In this document: piece by piece, positions 39,641-52,695 of the stretch
Numbering within the stretch: the stretch's first letter is position 1
Layout of the letters: the number at the start of each line of letters is the position of its first letter
Assembly (NCBI RefSeq): GCF_006345805.1
Contig: NC_043022.1
Coordinates: 25,048,001 to 25,112,000 of the forward strand
DNA from: Octopus sinensis
Taxonomy: Eukaryota
DNA: 64,000 nucleotides
Reading direction: 5' to 3'
Program-made: the position numbers and the translations under genes
The notes under the pieces: model-generated
The model's database searches: none
What the model saw: the letters and a program-made list of their open reading frames with translations, nothing else
What the model was told of the DNA's origin: nothing

Positions 39641-40422
39641 CCTGGCCTAAACTCGACTGAGCATTGCTTCAGCCAAAAGCACTCAAACTATGGCCAACCC
39701 ATCCCATCCCATCCTATCCCGTCCCTTATTCCATCTATTTTTCTTACTTCCATTTCAGGGCATAGCATACCTTGTACTACATTATCTAAATAACGACCTT
39801 CTATATTTTCTTCCTTAGCACGAGAGATTTGGCTGTGATTTCAAGCAGCCGGAACAATCAGGTAGAGGTTCCTCTCATGGCCTTAGTGATGATGAGGATG
39901 GTGGTGGCAGCGGTGGTTGAAGGTAAGGAGTATGTTGGTGAAGAATGGAAAGTGAGGGGAGGTAAGAAGGTGAATCAAAGCAAGCAAAATGTAAACAACA
40001 ACAAGAACAACAACAACAGCAAATAAAACAACAAAATACAACAATGCTATAAAAGCCAAAAGAAGCAATGAAACTATCTAATTCTACTATATATATATAT
40101 ATATATACATACACATACACACACATATACATTTGCATATATATATATTTTATATATATATGCATGTATACACATCTATGTATATCTATGTGTGTGTGTG
40201 TATATATATATATATCTAAATATATATTCATGATATGAATCTAATACTAAAACACCAAACAAAAGCATGAAAGGAAAGAGGGAAATACGAAGAGAGAGAG
40301 AGAGAGAAAGAATGAGAGAGAGTAAAAGGGATTAAAAGAAAGAGAGAGCGAGAGAGAGAGTGTGAGAGCGAGGAAGAGATACAGGTAAACAAAATAATAG
40401 TTTCCAACACATGGAAAACTAA

Positions 40423-40475
<53 letters not shown>

Positions 40476-40671
40476 CAAAGGGATGGCAGTAGCAGAGATA
40501 GTAATAGTTGTAGTGGTGGTGGTGGTAGTAGTAGTGAAAAAGGAGAGGGTGCAGACAAGTGACTGTTTTTTTTTTTTAGATTTTTGAATTTTTTTCTTTT
40601 TCAAAGAATCGAAATATTTTAATATTCAGAGTAGAGAACATATGGTTGGAGGATTATATGTGAAAACTCAC

Positions 40672-40713
40672 TTTTCTCACCCATCCTGTCGGCCCATATT
40701 AAACGGCTTAAGC
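40672..40713 (-). CDS. Candidate 42-nt Eph juxtamembrane micro-exon: (x)LSRLIWADRMGEK(x)
   Basis: Acceptor tttcccctctcttacatttatag and donor AA|gtgagt. 42 nt, open in phase 1-1. No transcript evidence. Confidence 0.42.
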
Positions 40714-41742
40714 CTATAAATGTAAGAGAGGGGAAATAAATAATACAAAAAAAAAATAAAAAAAATAAAATTACAACAACAATGAAATTGAACACACACA
40801 TAAAAAAAAAATTAAGCCACAAATTAAAATATTTCAAATAAAATGATAAAAATTAAAATTTTTTAATTTTCCACAAATATGTTATGAAATTTTTTTTTTT
40901 AATTTAAAAAAAAAATATATTTTAATTTTTAAATTGAGGAAGTCAAATATATTGATAATAAAAACAATGAAAGTGGGTGATGAAAATGATGATGACGACG
41001 ATGATGATGATAAAGATGAGGTTGATGATGAGTAGGATGAAGTTAATGATGATAGCGATGATGATGAAGAGGTTCTTTATGGCGATGATGATGGTGATGT
41101 TGTTGATAGTTTCCTTAAATAGAGCAGAAAAGCATTAAGGCAATTAGAGTCAAGTGTCTTAACCAAAAACGCTGTAATAACTGACGAATTGATGACGAAA
41201 TATCGATGGATGATTGATTTTGCTGAAATTAAAAATATTGATTTTTTTTTTTCTGACATTATACAATATTAATAATATATAAACACACATACATACACAC
41301 ATACACTGATGAATACAATATTATGAGCATATGTGCTTCGAATATCTAAAATAAATACATGGTACCCTTGTGTGTCATAAGAGGTAACAATGAGGGTTAG
41401 CAAAAAATAAGGGTTAACATCTGGTCATCAATGACTGCCCCAAAAGATCCTATCCAACCATGCCAGTATGTATATGTGACATAAAAACAAAAATACTGTT
41501 CATGATGTGATGTTAAATATATATGATGAAGATAATGATGATGATGATGAGTATATAGGGATAAATTATCCAGGTGGGTACCATACCAGCTCTGAAGTAC
41601 AGTCTAAGTTCCAGCTCACTGCATCAAGTAGTAAGATGCTTGAGGGATCGTTCAGGGTGAGCGATCTCACTGTAATTATTTACATGGGTGAATATGGGCT
41701 TGCTTTGCTGTCTCCATATTCAATGTAATTGTTTTGAATTCT

Positions 41743-41799
<57 letters not shown>

Positions 41800-41814
41800 A
41801 TGTGTTAAATAAAA

Positions 41815-41865
41815 TGAGTACAGCTGTTTCTGGGATATTAGCGATATCTCTTCATCAGAGATGAT
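41815..41865 (-). ncRNA. Degenerate hammerhead ribozyme (core, stem II and palindromic stem III present; stem I lost)
   Basis: CTGATGA-A-GAGATAT-cgcta-ATATCCC-A-GAAA-CAGCTG-TA. The flanks do not pair. Confidence 0.4.
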
Positions 41866-41968
41866 ATGAAAGAGTTAACTAGAAGAAAATAGTAAAGTTC
41901 ATCTTGGGTCTTCTGGATACCAATACATCTCATATATAAATACATACATATATATATATATATATATA

Positions 41969-42280
41969 TGGAGGCACATGGCCTAGTGGTTAGAGCAGTG
42001 GACTCGCAGTCGAGGGATCACAGGTTCGAATCTCAGACCAAGCGATGTGTGTGTCTATGAGCGAAACACCTAAGCTCCACGCGACTCCGGCAGAAGGTAA
42101 TGGCAAACTTTTGCTGACTCTTTCGCCACAACTTTCTCTCACTCTTTCCTCCTGCATCTTGCAGCTCACCTGCGACGGACTGGCATACCATCCAGGTGGG
42201 GAACCTATATGCTAAGAAACCAGGAAACCGGCCCTTATGAGCCAGGTGTGGCTCGAGAAGGAACAAACAACAACAACAAC
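41969..42280 (+). mobile_element. tRNA-derived SINE (family B) inserted in a (TA)n tract
   Basis: Same family as 4848 and 50151. Confidence 0.85.
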
Positions 42281-43505
42281 ATATATATATATGTATGTAT
42301 GTATGTATAAATGTAAATATATATATAAAACTATTGACCAGACAATAAGATGTTGTTTTCATGTACTTCTTTTGCATAGCTGTAGCTTTCAAATGGTGTC
42401 AACCCACTGGCTAGATGGGCAAGCCTACGTCATTTAAGGGGCCAAGATCATGACATTCATCTCTGCACAGGATACAAGTCCATCACAAGATTACTCGTTA
42501 TTGCCATCTGGATGGACATAAAAGGAGGTTTTTTGCTAAAGAACACAACTTAGCAACCTCACAATTACCAGTGGTACAAAAAAGGCACTCAGTTCATACT
42601 CTAACGTGGTTGGCATTTGGAAGGGCATCCAAGCCATAGAAGCCATGTCAAAGACAACGACGAAGCACGGCGCAGCTCAGTGGCATGCCAGATCCTGTCA
42701 AACTGGTTCTTTTTTTCAAGCTAGCAGAGTAAAGCTCCGTGGGTGATTTGGCTGCTATTTCTAGCAACAATACCATAAGTTTGAATACATACAACCTACC
42801 ACAGAATTCCATACATGCACTTATTATTACACCAGATGTATGTATGAATGTAGATATGTATGTAAGTATGTACATGTATATTTATATATTTATACACAGA
42901 GATCTGTAAATACACATACACACATGGACACAGTCAGGCAGATAGATGTGTATTGTGTGGTCACATGTCCTTAAAGGGAGATCACTGGCTTAAATCGGAA
43001 GGCAAAAAACCCCTCTGGGATCAAATCTTAGGTCTGGACTAAGAAATACCTATAATATATTTAGCTCCAGCCTGACTACATGCTTACCAATACAAAAGTA
43101 ACATACACAAATATATATATATACATACATACATACATATACATACATATATATATACATACATATATATATATACATACATACATACATATATATATAT
43201 AAAACACACAAACATGTACACTAAAACACATATATACACACACAGTTATATATAAACATGAACATAGGTATGCATAGATATGTTTAAATACACAAACATA
43301 AATATACGCAGACGCATGACAATATATATATAAATATACATACAGAGATACACTTATATACACACAAACATACATATGCACACAAATACATATATATATA
43401 TATAAATATACATACATAGATACACTTATATACACACAAACATATGCACACAAATACATACATATATATAAATATACATACATAGATACACTAATATACA
43501 CACAA

Positions 43506-43558
<53 letters not shown>

Positions 43559-44742
43559 TATTACTACACATACAAACATATATATATATATATATATATA
43601 TACAGGCATAAACGTTACATAAATACACACATATATTTATAGACATACACATAGACACAAATATGCTAGCTTCGATGTACAATAAGAACATTTGTGTGTG
43701 TGTGTTTGTGTATATATGTAATATATATATACACACACGCATACACAAACACATACATATGTATGTACACACAAACACTGAAGGAAAGAAACTATAAAAG
43801 AACAGACAAAAAAAAAAAATTTCCCTGTATCTGATAAGGAGATTATGCACAAAAAATAAAATATATATTTTTGTTGAATCAAAAACAAAAATAAATACCC
43901 CCTTTAAAAACACTGTAAAAAAAAAAAAATGAATCAAGAAAAAATCATGAAAATAAAAAAAAGCTTAAAATGGAATATCATTAGATGATTATCTCCTCTT
44001 TGCAACATCTTTCCTTCTATCGCAAACACAACATATCTTCTTCGTATACTGAATTATTTCGTCTTCATGGTAGTGATCTTGGTTTCACTGAATCTTACCA
44101 GTGGTAGTACATCTATCACTTTATATTTATCTAACCATCGCTTTCTATCTATGTAGCTACACAAATATTGTTTTCTGTACGTCTTTTGTTTTTTAATTAT
44201 TTTACCTATCTGTCTGTCTGTCAGTCAGTTTATCGATCTATCTATCTATTTCTCTCTCTCTATATATATATATCTATCTATTTCTCTTTCTGTCTATATA
44301 TCTATCTCTTTCTCTCTCTGTCTATACATCTATCTCTTTCTCTCTCTGTCTATACATCTATCTGTTTATCTCTATCTGTCTGTCGCTCTATCTATCGCTC
44401 TATCTATCGCTCTATCTATCGATCTATCTATTTATTTATCTATCTATCTATCTATCGCTCTATATATCTATCGCTCTATCTATCTATCTCCTGCTCTATC
44501 TATCTATTTCACTACCCACCTGTTTTTTTTTCTCTTGCTTATGTACCTGTTTCTGTTTGCCAACCACATTAACTATGTAACATATCTATCTACCCGCCCC
44601 ACCCTGAGTACCTACCCTACCATCCGTTTACCTGCTATCCTGCAATCTTAATAACTCGCTTATCATTTTGCCTTGTTCTCACACACGGATTCCCATTCTC
44701 TCTCTCTCTCTCCCAAGCATTCCCCCACAACACACGAACACA

Positions 44743-44795
<53 letters not shown>

Positions 44796-45325
44796 GCAGA
44801 TTTAAGTAACAATCAAAAAGGACAGAGAAGAAGATGAGAGAGATAATCCATCTGTGATCCGAGAAGAAATTCATCGGTGCCAAGTGTCTTGGAAATCTGT
44901 TGTGACACTTGGAACCAAATCAGATCTCGGTTGCTTTACTTCACGAGATATAACAATAAACGGATTGCAGCTTCCAGCATCGGTTCTTTGAAAATTAGGA
45001 AATAAATCCAAGCATCTTTTGAAATTCATTTCCTTAATGAAAGAAAGTTTTACTGGGATTCACAGGATAAAGAAGGGGGTCATACAAAGGTTAGATGCAT
45101 TTGACCAAATTCCTTCTTCTAATTTCTTACAGTGGCAATTTGACGGATAAATTCAATTACACCACCGCCAACAACAACAACAACAGTACAAACAACCATT
45201 GAGGTAATTTCTCTTCTAAGACAACAACAAAGTTAATCTTAGCCAAGTTCATTTCAGCAAAGTCAATTTTAGCAAAGGTGGCATGAATGGCTTGTAGAAA
45301 TTTTAATTTCCAACACTGGCACAGT

Positions 45326-45920
45326 GTGGCAATGTGGAGTGAAGGTGTAGTTGATTAGGCCAACCCCAGTATGAAACCGGTACAGACACAGCATTGATTT
45401 TTCCAGATAAAAATAAGGATTTTTTTTCTATTATAGGCATAAGGGCTGAAATTTTGGGTGAGAGGCTAGTTGATTATATTGACCCCAGAAATTAACTGTT
45501 ACATATTTTATCAACCCTGAAAGGAGTGGCAATGTGGAGTGATGGTGTAGTTGATTAGGCCATCCCCAGTAAGAAACCGGTACAGACACAGCATTGATTT
45601 TTCCAGATAAAAATGATTTTTTTCTATTATAGGCATAAGGGCTGAAATTTTTGGGTGAGAGGCTAGTTGATTACATTGACCCCAGAAATTAACTGTTACA
45701 TATTTTATCAACCCTGAAAGGAGTGGCAATGTGGAGTGAAGGTGTAGTTGATTAGGCCAACCCCAGTGAGAAACCGGTACAGACACAGCATTGATTTTTC
45801 CAGATAAAAATAAGGAGTTTTTTTATATTATAGGCATGAGGGCTGAAATTTTGGGTGAGAGGCTAGTTGATTATATTGACCCCAGAAATTAACTGTTACA
45901 TATTTTATCAACCCTGAAAG
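45326..45920. repeat. Tandem array of three near-identical units of about 198 bp
   Basis: Unit starts GTGGCAATGTGGAG at 45326, 45526 and 45723. Confidence 0.9.
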
Positions 45921-46305
45921 GACGAAAGGCAAAGTTAACCTTGGTGGAATTTGAACTCAGAATGTGACGAATTAGGAGAAATACTGCAAAGCATTTTCCC
46001 AATGTGCTAATAATTCTTCCAAGTTGCCGCCTTTGGTTTCAAATTCTAGTGAAAGGCCAGAAAACTTGAGAGGAGTGGCCAAGTTGCAGAACTAGTCTGG
46101 TAATTAATTATATTAATCCCCAGGAGGATGCGAGGTGCTGCTGACATCTGCAGGCTTTGGAACTCAGAATGTAAGAAGCCCGAACTAATATCGCGAAGCA
46201 TATTGTGCAATGCTGTAAGGATTCTGCTACTTGTAATAACAACAACAACAATAGTTGCTGGTGTTTCTTCTTAGCTTTTAAGTAAATAGTGAAGAATTCA
46301 AACAA

Positions 46306-46616
46306 GGCCGACCAAAGCCTTGTGAGTGAATTTGGTAGACGGAAACTGAAAAGAAGCCCGTCGTAGATATGTATATATATATGTATGTATGTGTGCGTGT
46401 ATGTTTGTGTGTCTGTGTTTGTCCCCCCAACATCGCTTGACAACCGATGCTGGTGTGTTTATGTCCCCGTCACTTAGCGGTTTGGCAAAAGAGACCAATA
46501 GAATAAGTACTGGGCTTACAAAGAATAAGTCCCGGGGTCGAGTTGCTCGACTAAAGGCGGTGCTCCAGCATGGCCACAGTCAAATGACAGAAACAAGTAA
46601 AAGAGAAAAAGAGAAA
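46306..46616 (+). mobile_element. Family A SINE, 5'-truncated
   Basis: Matches the 3' three quarters of 23911-24306. Confidence 0.85.
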
Positions 46617-47681
46617 TAATAATGATGATGATGATAATAATATTAATAATAATAATAATCTTATAGGGGAGTACAGTATGTAGTTCTGCATTTCAATTTA
46701 TAGCATCTTGCCAAATAGAACTCCTGAGAATATACTTAAGCCATCCCAGATTTCAAAAATCTAGACACGATGGTGATGATGATGATGAGGAGGCTGGTGA
46801 TGTGTTAAACTATTTGGAAAAGTGAAACCTTTCAAAGTTGAGAAAAATATGCCTTGTGATTGAAGAGGAACTTATGTTAATGAACTTACATTTCGAAATA
46901 TTTTAATTTGATATGGTAAGTGTATATTAATGGAATCACCACCACTACTATTACTACGGCTACTACTACTACTACTGCTACCACTACTGCTGCTACTAGA
47001 CCTACTTAAAAACTTGGTCCTCGCTATAACAAGTTTGGTAGAAGGCTGTGTAACATTAGAAAAGTATATGAGTGAGAGTGTATGTGTGCATACGAAAATT
47101 TGGATGTATGCATAAAATATTTTCAACCTAACTAGTTGTCTAACTATCTATCTATCTATCTGTCCCCCTCTCTATCTATCTATCTATCTATCTATCTAGT
47201 TGCCTCTATCTATTTGTCTGTCTCTCTCTCTATCTATCTGTCTGTCTCTGTATCTATCTATTTATTTATGGTCCTCATACAATTCAAATGGATCTATTAG
47301 TTAAGATATGTAAATAAATACTGTTTTGTTTCTTTATTTTATGGTCAAAAACGCCCAAAATTGTCAAATGTATAAATAAGAGCAAAATGCAGCAAAGCTA
47401 TTTAGCGACTCGCAAGGAATAAAAATTATTTAAGCTTTTGATTCAACGCCACCTTAAACACTTGGTTGTAACCATACTAAATCATGTTGCTACATTATTT
47501 AAAGACATTGGTTTATGATATAGGGTGTGGGTCACACACACACACACACATATAATTTAACACACTCACTGGTGAGTGTGTTAAATTATAAGGCACCAAA
47601 AGAGAATGACTCACCTCAGACACAACAGAATATGCTTCAACACACAAACTCATAAAGAATCTTGATATATATATATATATA

Positions 47682-48085
47682 CTCTTACTCTCTTTACTCT
47701 TTTACTCTTTCAGTCATTTGACTGTGGCCATGCTGGAGCACCGCCTTTAGTCGAGCAAATCGACCCCAGGACTTATTCTTTGTAAGCCCAGTACTTATTC
47801 TATCGGTCTCTTTTGCCGAACCGCTAAGTGACGGGGACGTAAACACACCAGCATCGGTTGTCGAGGAATGCTAGGGGGAAAAACACACACACACAAACAC
47901 ACACACATATATATATATACATATATACGACAGGCTTCTTTCAGTTTCTGTCTACCAAATTCACTCACAAGGCATTGGTCGGCCCGGGGCTATAGCAGAA
48001 AACACTTGCCCGAGATGCCACGCAGTGGGACTGAACCCGGAACCATGTGGTTGGTTAGCAAGCTACTTACCACACAGCCACTCCT
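47682..48085 (-). mobile_element. Family A SINE, full length, inverted relative to 46306
   Basis: The reverse complement matches family A. Confidence 0.85.
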
Positions 48086-48146
48086 ATATATATATATATA
48101 AAGTAAATAAATGGAGTTGAATGCAGGTGTTATTCAAATTCTTTTA

Positions 48147-48236
48147 CTTTCGACATATGTTTCGAAGACAACATTGGTTTTATTCCAAAGGAAGGAATAA
48201 ATGGTGTAAAATAATGTAATCTTCTCATCAGGAAAG
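48147..48236 (-). ncRNA. Type I hammerhead ribozyme with full consensus core and GUC cleavage site (between 48152 and 48151)
   Basis: Minus strand: CTTTC-CTGATGA-GAAGA...TCTTC-GAAA-CATATG-TC-GAAAG. Stem I 5 bp, stem II 5 bp plus extension, stem III is the palindrome ACATATGT. Confidence 0.8.
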
Positions 48237-48619
48237 AAAGAGAACCTGTCTCAACAACAAGACATTATAACAATTTATTTATTTACTTATACTATACAAA
48301 TTAATGCACATTAACCCGAGTTTCTACCTTTGACTAGGCCATTACATCCTTGTTACTTGCGTGAATATGTATATAGGTAACTTATGCAATGGTAGTTTCA
48401 TGTAGCTACAGTGTGTCTCATGAAGTTATGTAATAGTTGCATAATGTATTTATTCATGCTACTTATTTCCATGTGTCATGCATATCCTCCATATCCTCCA
48501 TGAAAACAGGTGGCCTGAATGAATGTATAACGCAGATATTTACAGGATTTCACGAAACAGACTGCAACCCGAGACCACAACACACTGATTCATATGTAAA
48601 TTACTTCATTATTTATAAA

Positions 48620-49005
48620 TGTGTGTGTATGTATATATACATATATATATATGTGTGCGTGTGTGTGTACATGTGTGTAAATATACATATGTGTGTATGT
48701 GTCTGTGTAAATATACATATGTATGTATGTATATATATATATATGTATGTATATATGTGTGTGTGTAAATATATGAGTGTATGTGTGCATATATATTTGT
48801 GTATATATATGCATATATATATACATATGTGTATATGCATATATGTGTGTGTATATATATACATGTATGTATATGCATATATGTGTGTATATATATATGT
48901 ATGTATATGCATATATGTGTGTATATATGTATATGCATATATATGTATATGTATATGCATATATATGTATATGTATATGCATATATGTGTGTATATGTAT
49001 ATGCA

Positions 49006-49050
<45 letters not shown>

Positions 49051-49145
49051 GCATATATGTGTGTATATATATATATATATGTGTATATATACATATATGT
49101 GTATATATACATATATGTGTATATATATATATATATGTGTATATA

Positions 49146-49189
<44 letters not shown>

Positions 49190-49190
49190 A
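48620..49190. repeat. Compound (TA)n/(TG)n microsatellite block; comparable blocks at about 330-430, 680-870, 10730-11000, 11600-11840, 16550-16740, 28940-29210, 29800-30310, 36530-36810, 43100-43610, 54340-55160 and 62680-63460
   Basis: Dinucleotide-derived low-complexity sequence. Confidence 0.95.
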
Positions 49191-49352
49191 GGTACTGTAA
49201 ATTTAAAGTGAATACTTGATAAGTGTGTATATATATATATATATAGTAGGTACTGTAAATTTAAAGTGAATACTTGATAAGTGTGTATATATATATATAT
49301 ATATATATGTATAGTAGGTACTGTAAATTTAAAGTGAATACTTGATAAGTGT
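49189..49352. repeat. Three copies of GTAGTAGGTACTGTAAATTTAAAGTGAATACTTGATAAGTG separated by variable (TA)n
   Basis: Directly visible triplication. Confidence 0.85.
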
Positions 49353-49712
49353 ATATATATGCATATATGTGTATGTGTATGTATATATATATATATATAC
49401 ACACACACACTGAAGTTTTGGAGAGGACGAAAACATAATACATAACAGTAATACAAGGTACAAATACAAGAGGGTTAAAAAACAAACAGGCAAACAAGCA
49501 AATATAAAATATAAAGAGAAGCGGAAATAAAAAGTGAAAGGTGAGTGTGAGTGTGTGTGTGTGGCGAAGGTAAAAAAAAAGGTACAACAAAGTACACAAA
49601 TTGCATGAATAAGGAAACAAGCAAATAATTACAGGTAGGGTTCAGGTAAAAATATGCTGAACAAATAAGACAGATAAAAGGTGGAGGAAAATAAGAGGGT
49701 CATGCTACTTAC

Positions 49713-49754
49713 TGCCCCCGTTTGTTTGTGTTTCCATCTGCGGACACTGAATAA
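49713..49754 (-). CDS. Candidate 42-nt Eph juxtamembrane micro-exon: (x)IQCPQMETQTNGG(x)
   Basis: Long polypyrimidine tract tgttttgttttccttcttttttccccccag and consensus donor CA|gtaagt. Length is divisible by 3 and the exon is open in phase 1-1, matching the acceptor of exon 27231. No transcript evidence. Confidence 0.6.
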
Positions 49755-50150
49755 CTGGGGGGAAAAAAGAAGGAAAACAAAACATTGAAGGGGGGAGGAA
49801 AAGGAAGAAAAAAAATGAAACGGTGTGTGAGGGTGGATGGATAGAGAAGGTGAGTGTGAGTGAGAGTGAGAGAGAGGAGAGGAGAGAAAGCGAGAGAGGT
49901 AAGCTTAGGAAAGACAAAGGAAGGAATTGGAGTGAAAGGATAAGAAAATAAGTTAAAAAACAAGGCAAAGTGTAACACAAAGGTTTCAACTGGGAATGGT
50001 GAAAATCAAAGAGGGAGGCGTAAATGGATGCTAGTGCGTGCGTGCGTGTGTGTGTGTGTTTATTTGTGTATATATTTATTTGCATGTATGTGTGGACTCG
50101 TGATTGCAAGATTGTGGTTTCAATTCCTGAACTGACACATTATGTTCTTG

Positions 50151-50466
50151 TGGAGGCACATGACCTGGTGGTTAGAGCAGCGGACTCATGATCGAGGTAT
50201 CGCAGGTTCGAATCTCAGACCGGGTGATGTGTGTGTTTATGAGCGAAAAAACCTAAGCTCCACACGGCTCCGGCAGAAGGTAATGGCGAAACTTCTGCTG
50301 ACTCTTTCGCTGCAACTTTCTCTCATTCTTTCCTCCTGCATCTTGCAGCTCACCTGTGACGGATCGGCGTCCCGTCCAGGTGGGGAACCTATACGCCAAG
50401 GAAACTGGGAAACCGGTCCTAATGAACCAGGTGTGGCTCGAGAAGGAACAAACAAACAAACAACAA
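50151..50466 (+). mobile_element. tRNA-derived SINE (family B) with 14-bp TSD
   Basis: Same family as 4848; TSD ACATTATGTTCTTG at 50137-50150 and 50467-50480. Confidence 0.85.
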
Positions 50467-51840
50467 ACATTATGTTCTTGAGCAAAACACTTCATTTCCT
50501 GTTGTTGCAGTTCAATCAGCAGGTAAAAATGAGTAATCCTGTGAGGGACTGGTGTCCCCTCCAGGTGGGCATTATATACGCCATGGAAACCAGGAAACCG
50601 ATCCTATCAGTCTACACTAGGTGGGAAGGAACTTTACTTTCATTTTTTATGTGTGTGTATTTGTGTATCTACTTACTACATGTTTGCATGCAGCAGGTGT
50701 ATCACGTAGCAGAGCAGAATCAAAACGGTATCAAATTAAGATACCAAAGTGTGTTTGCATCTCTTCAGGGTGGAGAGAAAATGGAAGGAAGATCCACCCT
50801 TCCATTACTGGGTGCATATTTTTGTGAACTACACCTACCAGCATTATGAAGTAACTCTGAACCCCCAGAAACAGCTGTCGGACTTCTCCTCTTTGATTTT
50901 CTGTATCTTTGTACTTTGTGTAAGTTTGCTCTTTTAATATATAAATATTTATATATCTATACTTTTCAATCTTTCCTTTCTCTCTCTCGATTTACACATA
51001 TTAAACCTAAGCAGTTTTCTCTGTTTATTTGCATCATTGTCTCTATATCTGCTCACCTAGATTTCTTTTATAGGCATTCTTTACTCTGCCGAATTGGTCC
51101 TTGGTAAAGATTTTGGAGTATATGTTCAAATCATCTGAGCATTACTGAGTGGTTTCTATAGTATATTGAGCATCTCTGGATCTCATCCCTTGACCCTACA
51201 CACACATATATATATATATCTATGTATGTGTGACTTTGAGTCTTTTGTTTGTCCCCCACCACTGCTTGACAACATGTGTTAGTTTGTTTACATCCCCGTA
51301 ACTTAGCAGTCGTAAATGACCGACAGAATAAATGCCAGACTTAAATAAACAGTGGGGTTGAGTCATTCAACTTCAAGGCGGTGCCCCAGCATGGCCAAAA
51401 TCTAATGACTGAAACAGGTAAAAGATGAAAATATAAAAGATATATGCCATCGTTTAGGCAGCCCAAATAACACCTGTATATCGAACTAGTGTTTCATAGA
51501 GAACTCTTCCTCAGGTAAGTAAATTGGCTTGCATCCTATGATGAGAGTAAATTTTTTAGTTACTTTTTGTTTTGTTTTGTTTTTTATGTTTTTGTGAAGA
51601 GGGTGGGGTAAAATTTAAGTGATGCAGTCAGATATTTCAATCCAAGCAGCTGAAACTACATGTTATATGTAAGTGCTTTTAATCTTCTTTTCTTTTTTTT
51701 AAATCAAAACAATGTAAATTATAAGAAATATTACAAGACAATGATTTCTAATTTTGCCTTTGTTTTTTTCAGCATTTTAGAATCAAGATCCCCTCTTTAG
51801 TAAATCTTCGGAGATGTCAGCTCAAAACATCATATCTTAG

Positions 51841-51880
51841 ATTTCCTGAAGAAGAGCTCCTAACCTCGAAATATTGAAAT
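51841..51880 (+). ncRNA. Minimal type I hammerhead ribozyme, separate family
   Basis: ATTTC-CTGAAGA-A-GAG-ctcctaac-CTC-GAAA-TA-TT-GAAAT. Stem III is the palindrome ATAT; cleavage triplet AUU. Confidence 0.6.
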
Positions 51881-52695
51881 ACAAAGTGAAAGAACAAACC
51901 ATCAGCCTGTGTTATTTCTTATAACTTGAAATTGAAAGCATTTATTTATAACAGACAATGCTTCATGCAAATTATACTACTCCAAGATGTATGATGTGTC
52001 TAGTGATATTATTTATGAGTGGATAAAGGTATTTGTGCAAAAAAGTGCTTTGTGAAGGAAATGAGGTAGGAATATAAATCAACATGTATATAAAAAAACA
52101 ATAAGACAATGCAACAAAAACACAAAACATTTTGGGTGGTTTAAGGATAAAGTGGACACTTTTACATTTCTTTCTGTGTGTTTTGCTTTTTTTTTTCTTT
52201 AAAAAAAATTCCAAAAACAAGAAATAAAAACCAAACCAGCCCACTATTTATAACCTGTAGGTAATAAAAATGTAATAAAAAGTATATATGTCAAAAGTTT
52301 AGAAAATGATAGATCTGTAGTATTTAAAAGTAACATATTATGTATGTTGTTACTTATATAAAATTTACATAATGACTACAATGAAAAAAACAAATATATA
52401 CATATGTAATTTTTTCTTTTTATTAACAGCATCTTTTACATATATAACACATTTAATTATGCAATAAAGCTTTTCAAAAATATTATCACACACACACACA
52501 CACACACACATACATATATGTATATAGTACAAAGTAAGATAGTGTTTATGAGGGTAACCCACTATGGGATATCAGTTATCCAATATACTGCTGGTGAAGC
52601 ACCCAAATGCCAAATACATAAATGCTTATAATTGCAATGCAATTAATTCATTTATTGTATCGGATGGGCGAAGGTAAAATATTTTACCGTAAATT

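Noticed and set aside
39771-39785. 15-nt phase 1-1 segment ATAATGTAGTACAAG with donor gtatgc
   Set aside because: The sequence upstream of the AG is purine-rich, so there is no credible acceptor.
45130-45290. Hydrophobic reading frames resembling a transmembrane exon
   Set aside because: The hydrophobicity comes from a (GTT)n microsatellite; the frames stop or lack compatible splice sites.
50142-50849. 235-aa ORF
   Set aside because: It runs through a family B SINE and another SINE-like fragment; a chance open frame.
51500-51520. Plus-strand catag|AGAACTCTTCCTCAG|gtaagt, suggesting a nested antisense gene
   Set aside because: I found no consistent set of plus-strand exons; the segment is better explained as a decayed hammerhead-like repeat (CTGAGGA on the minus strand).
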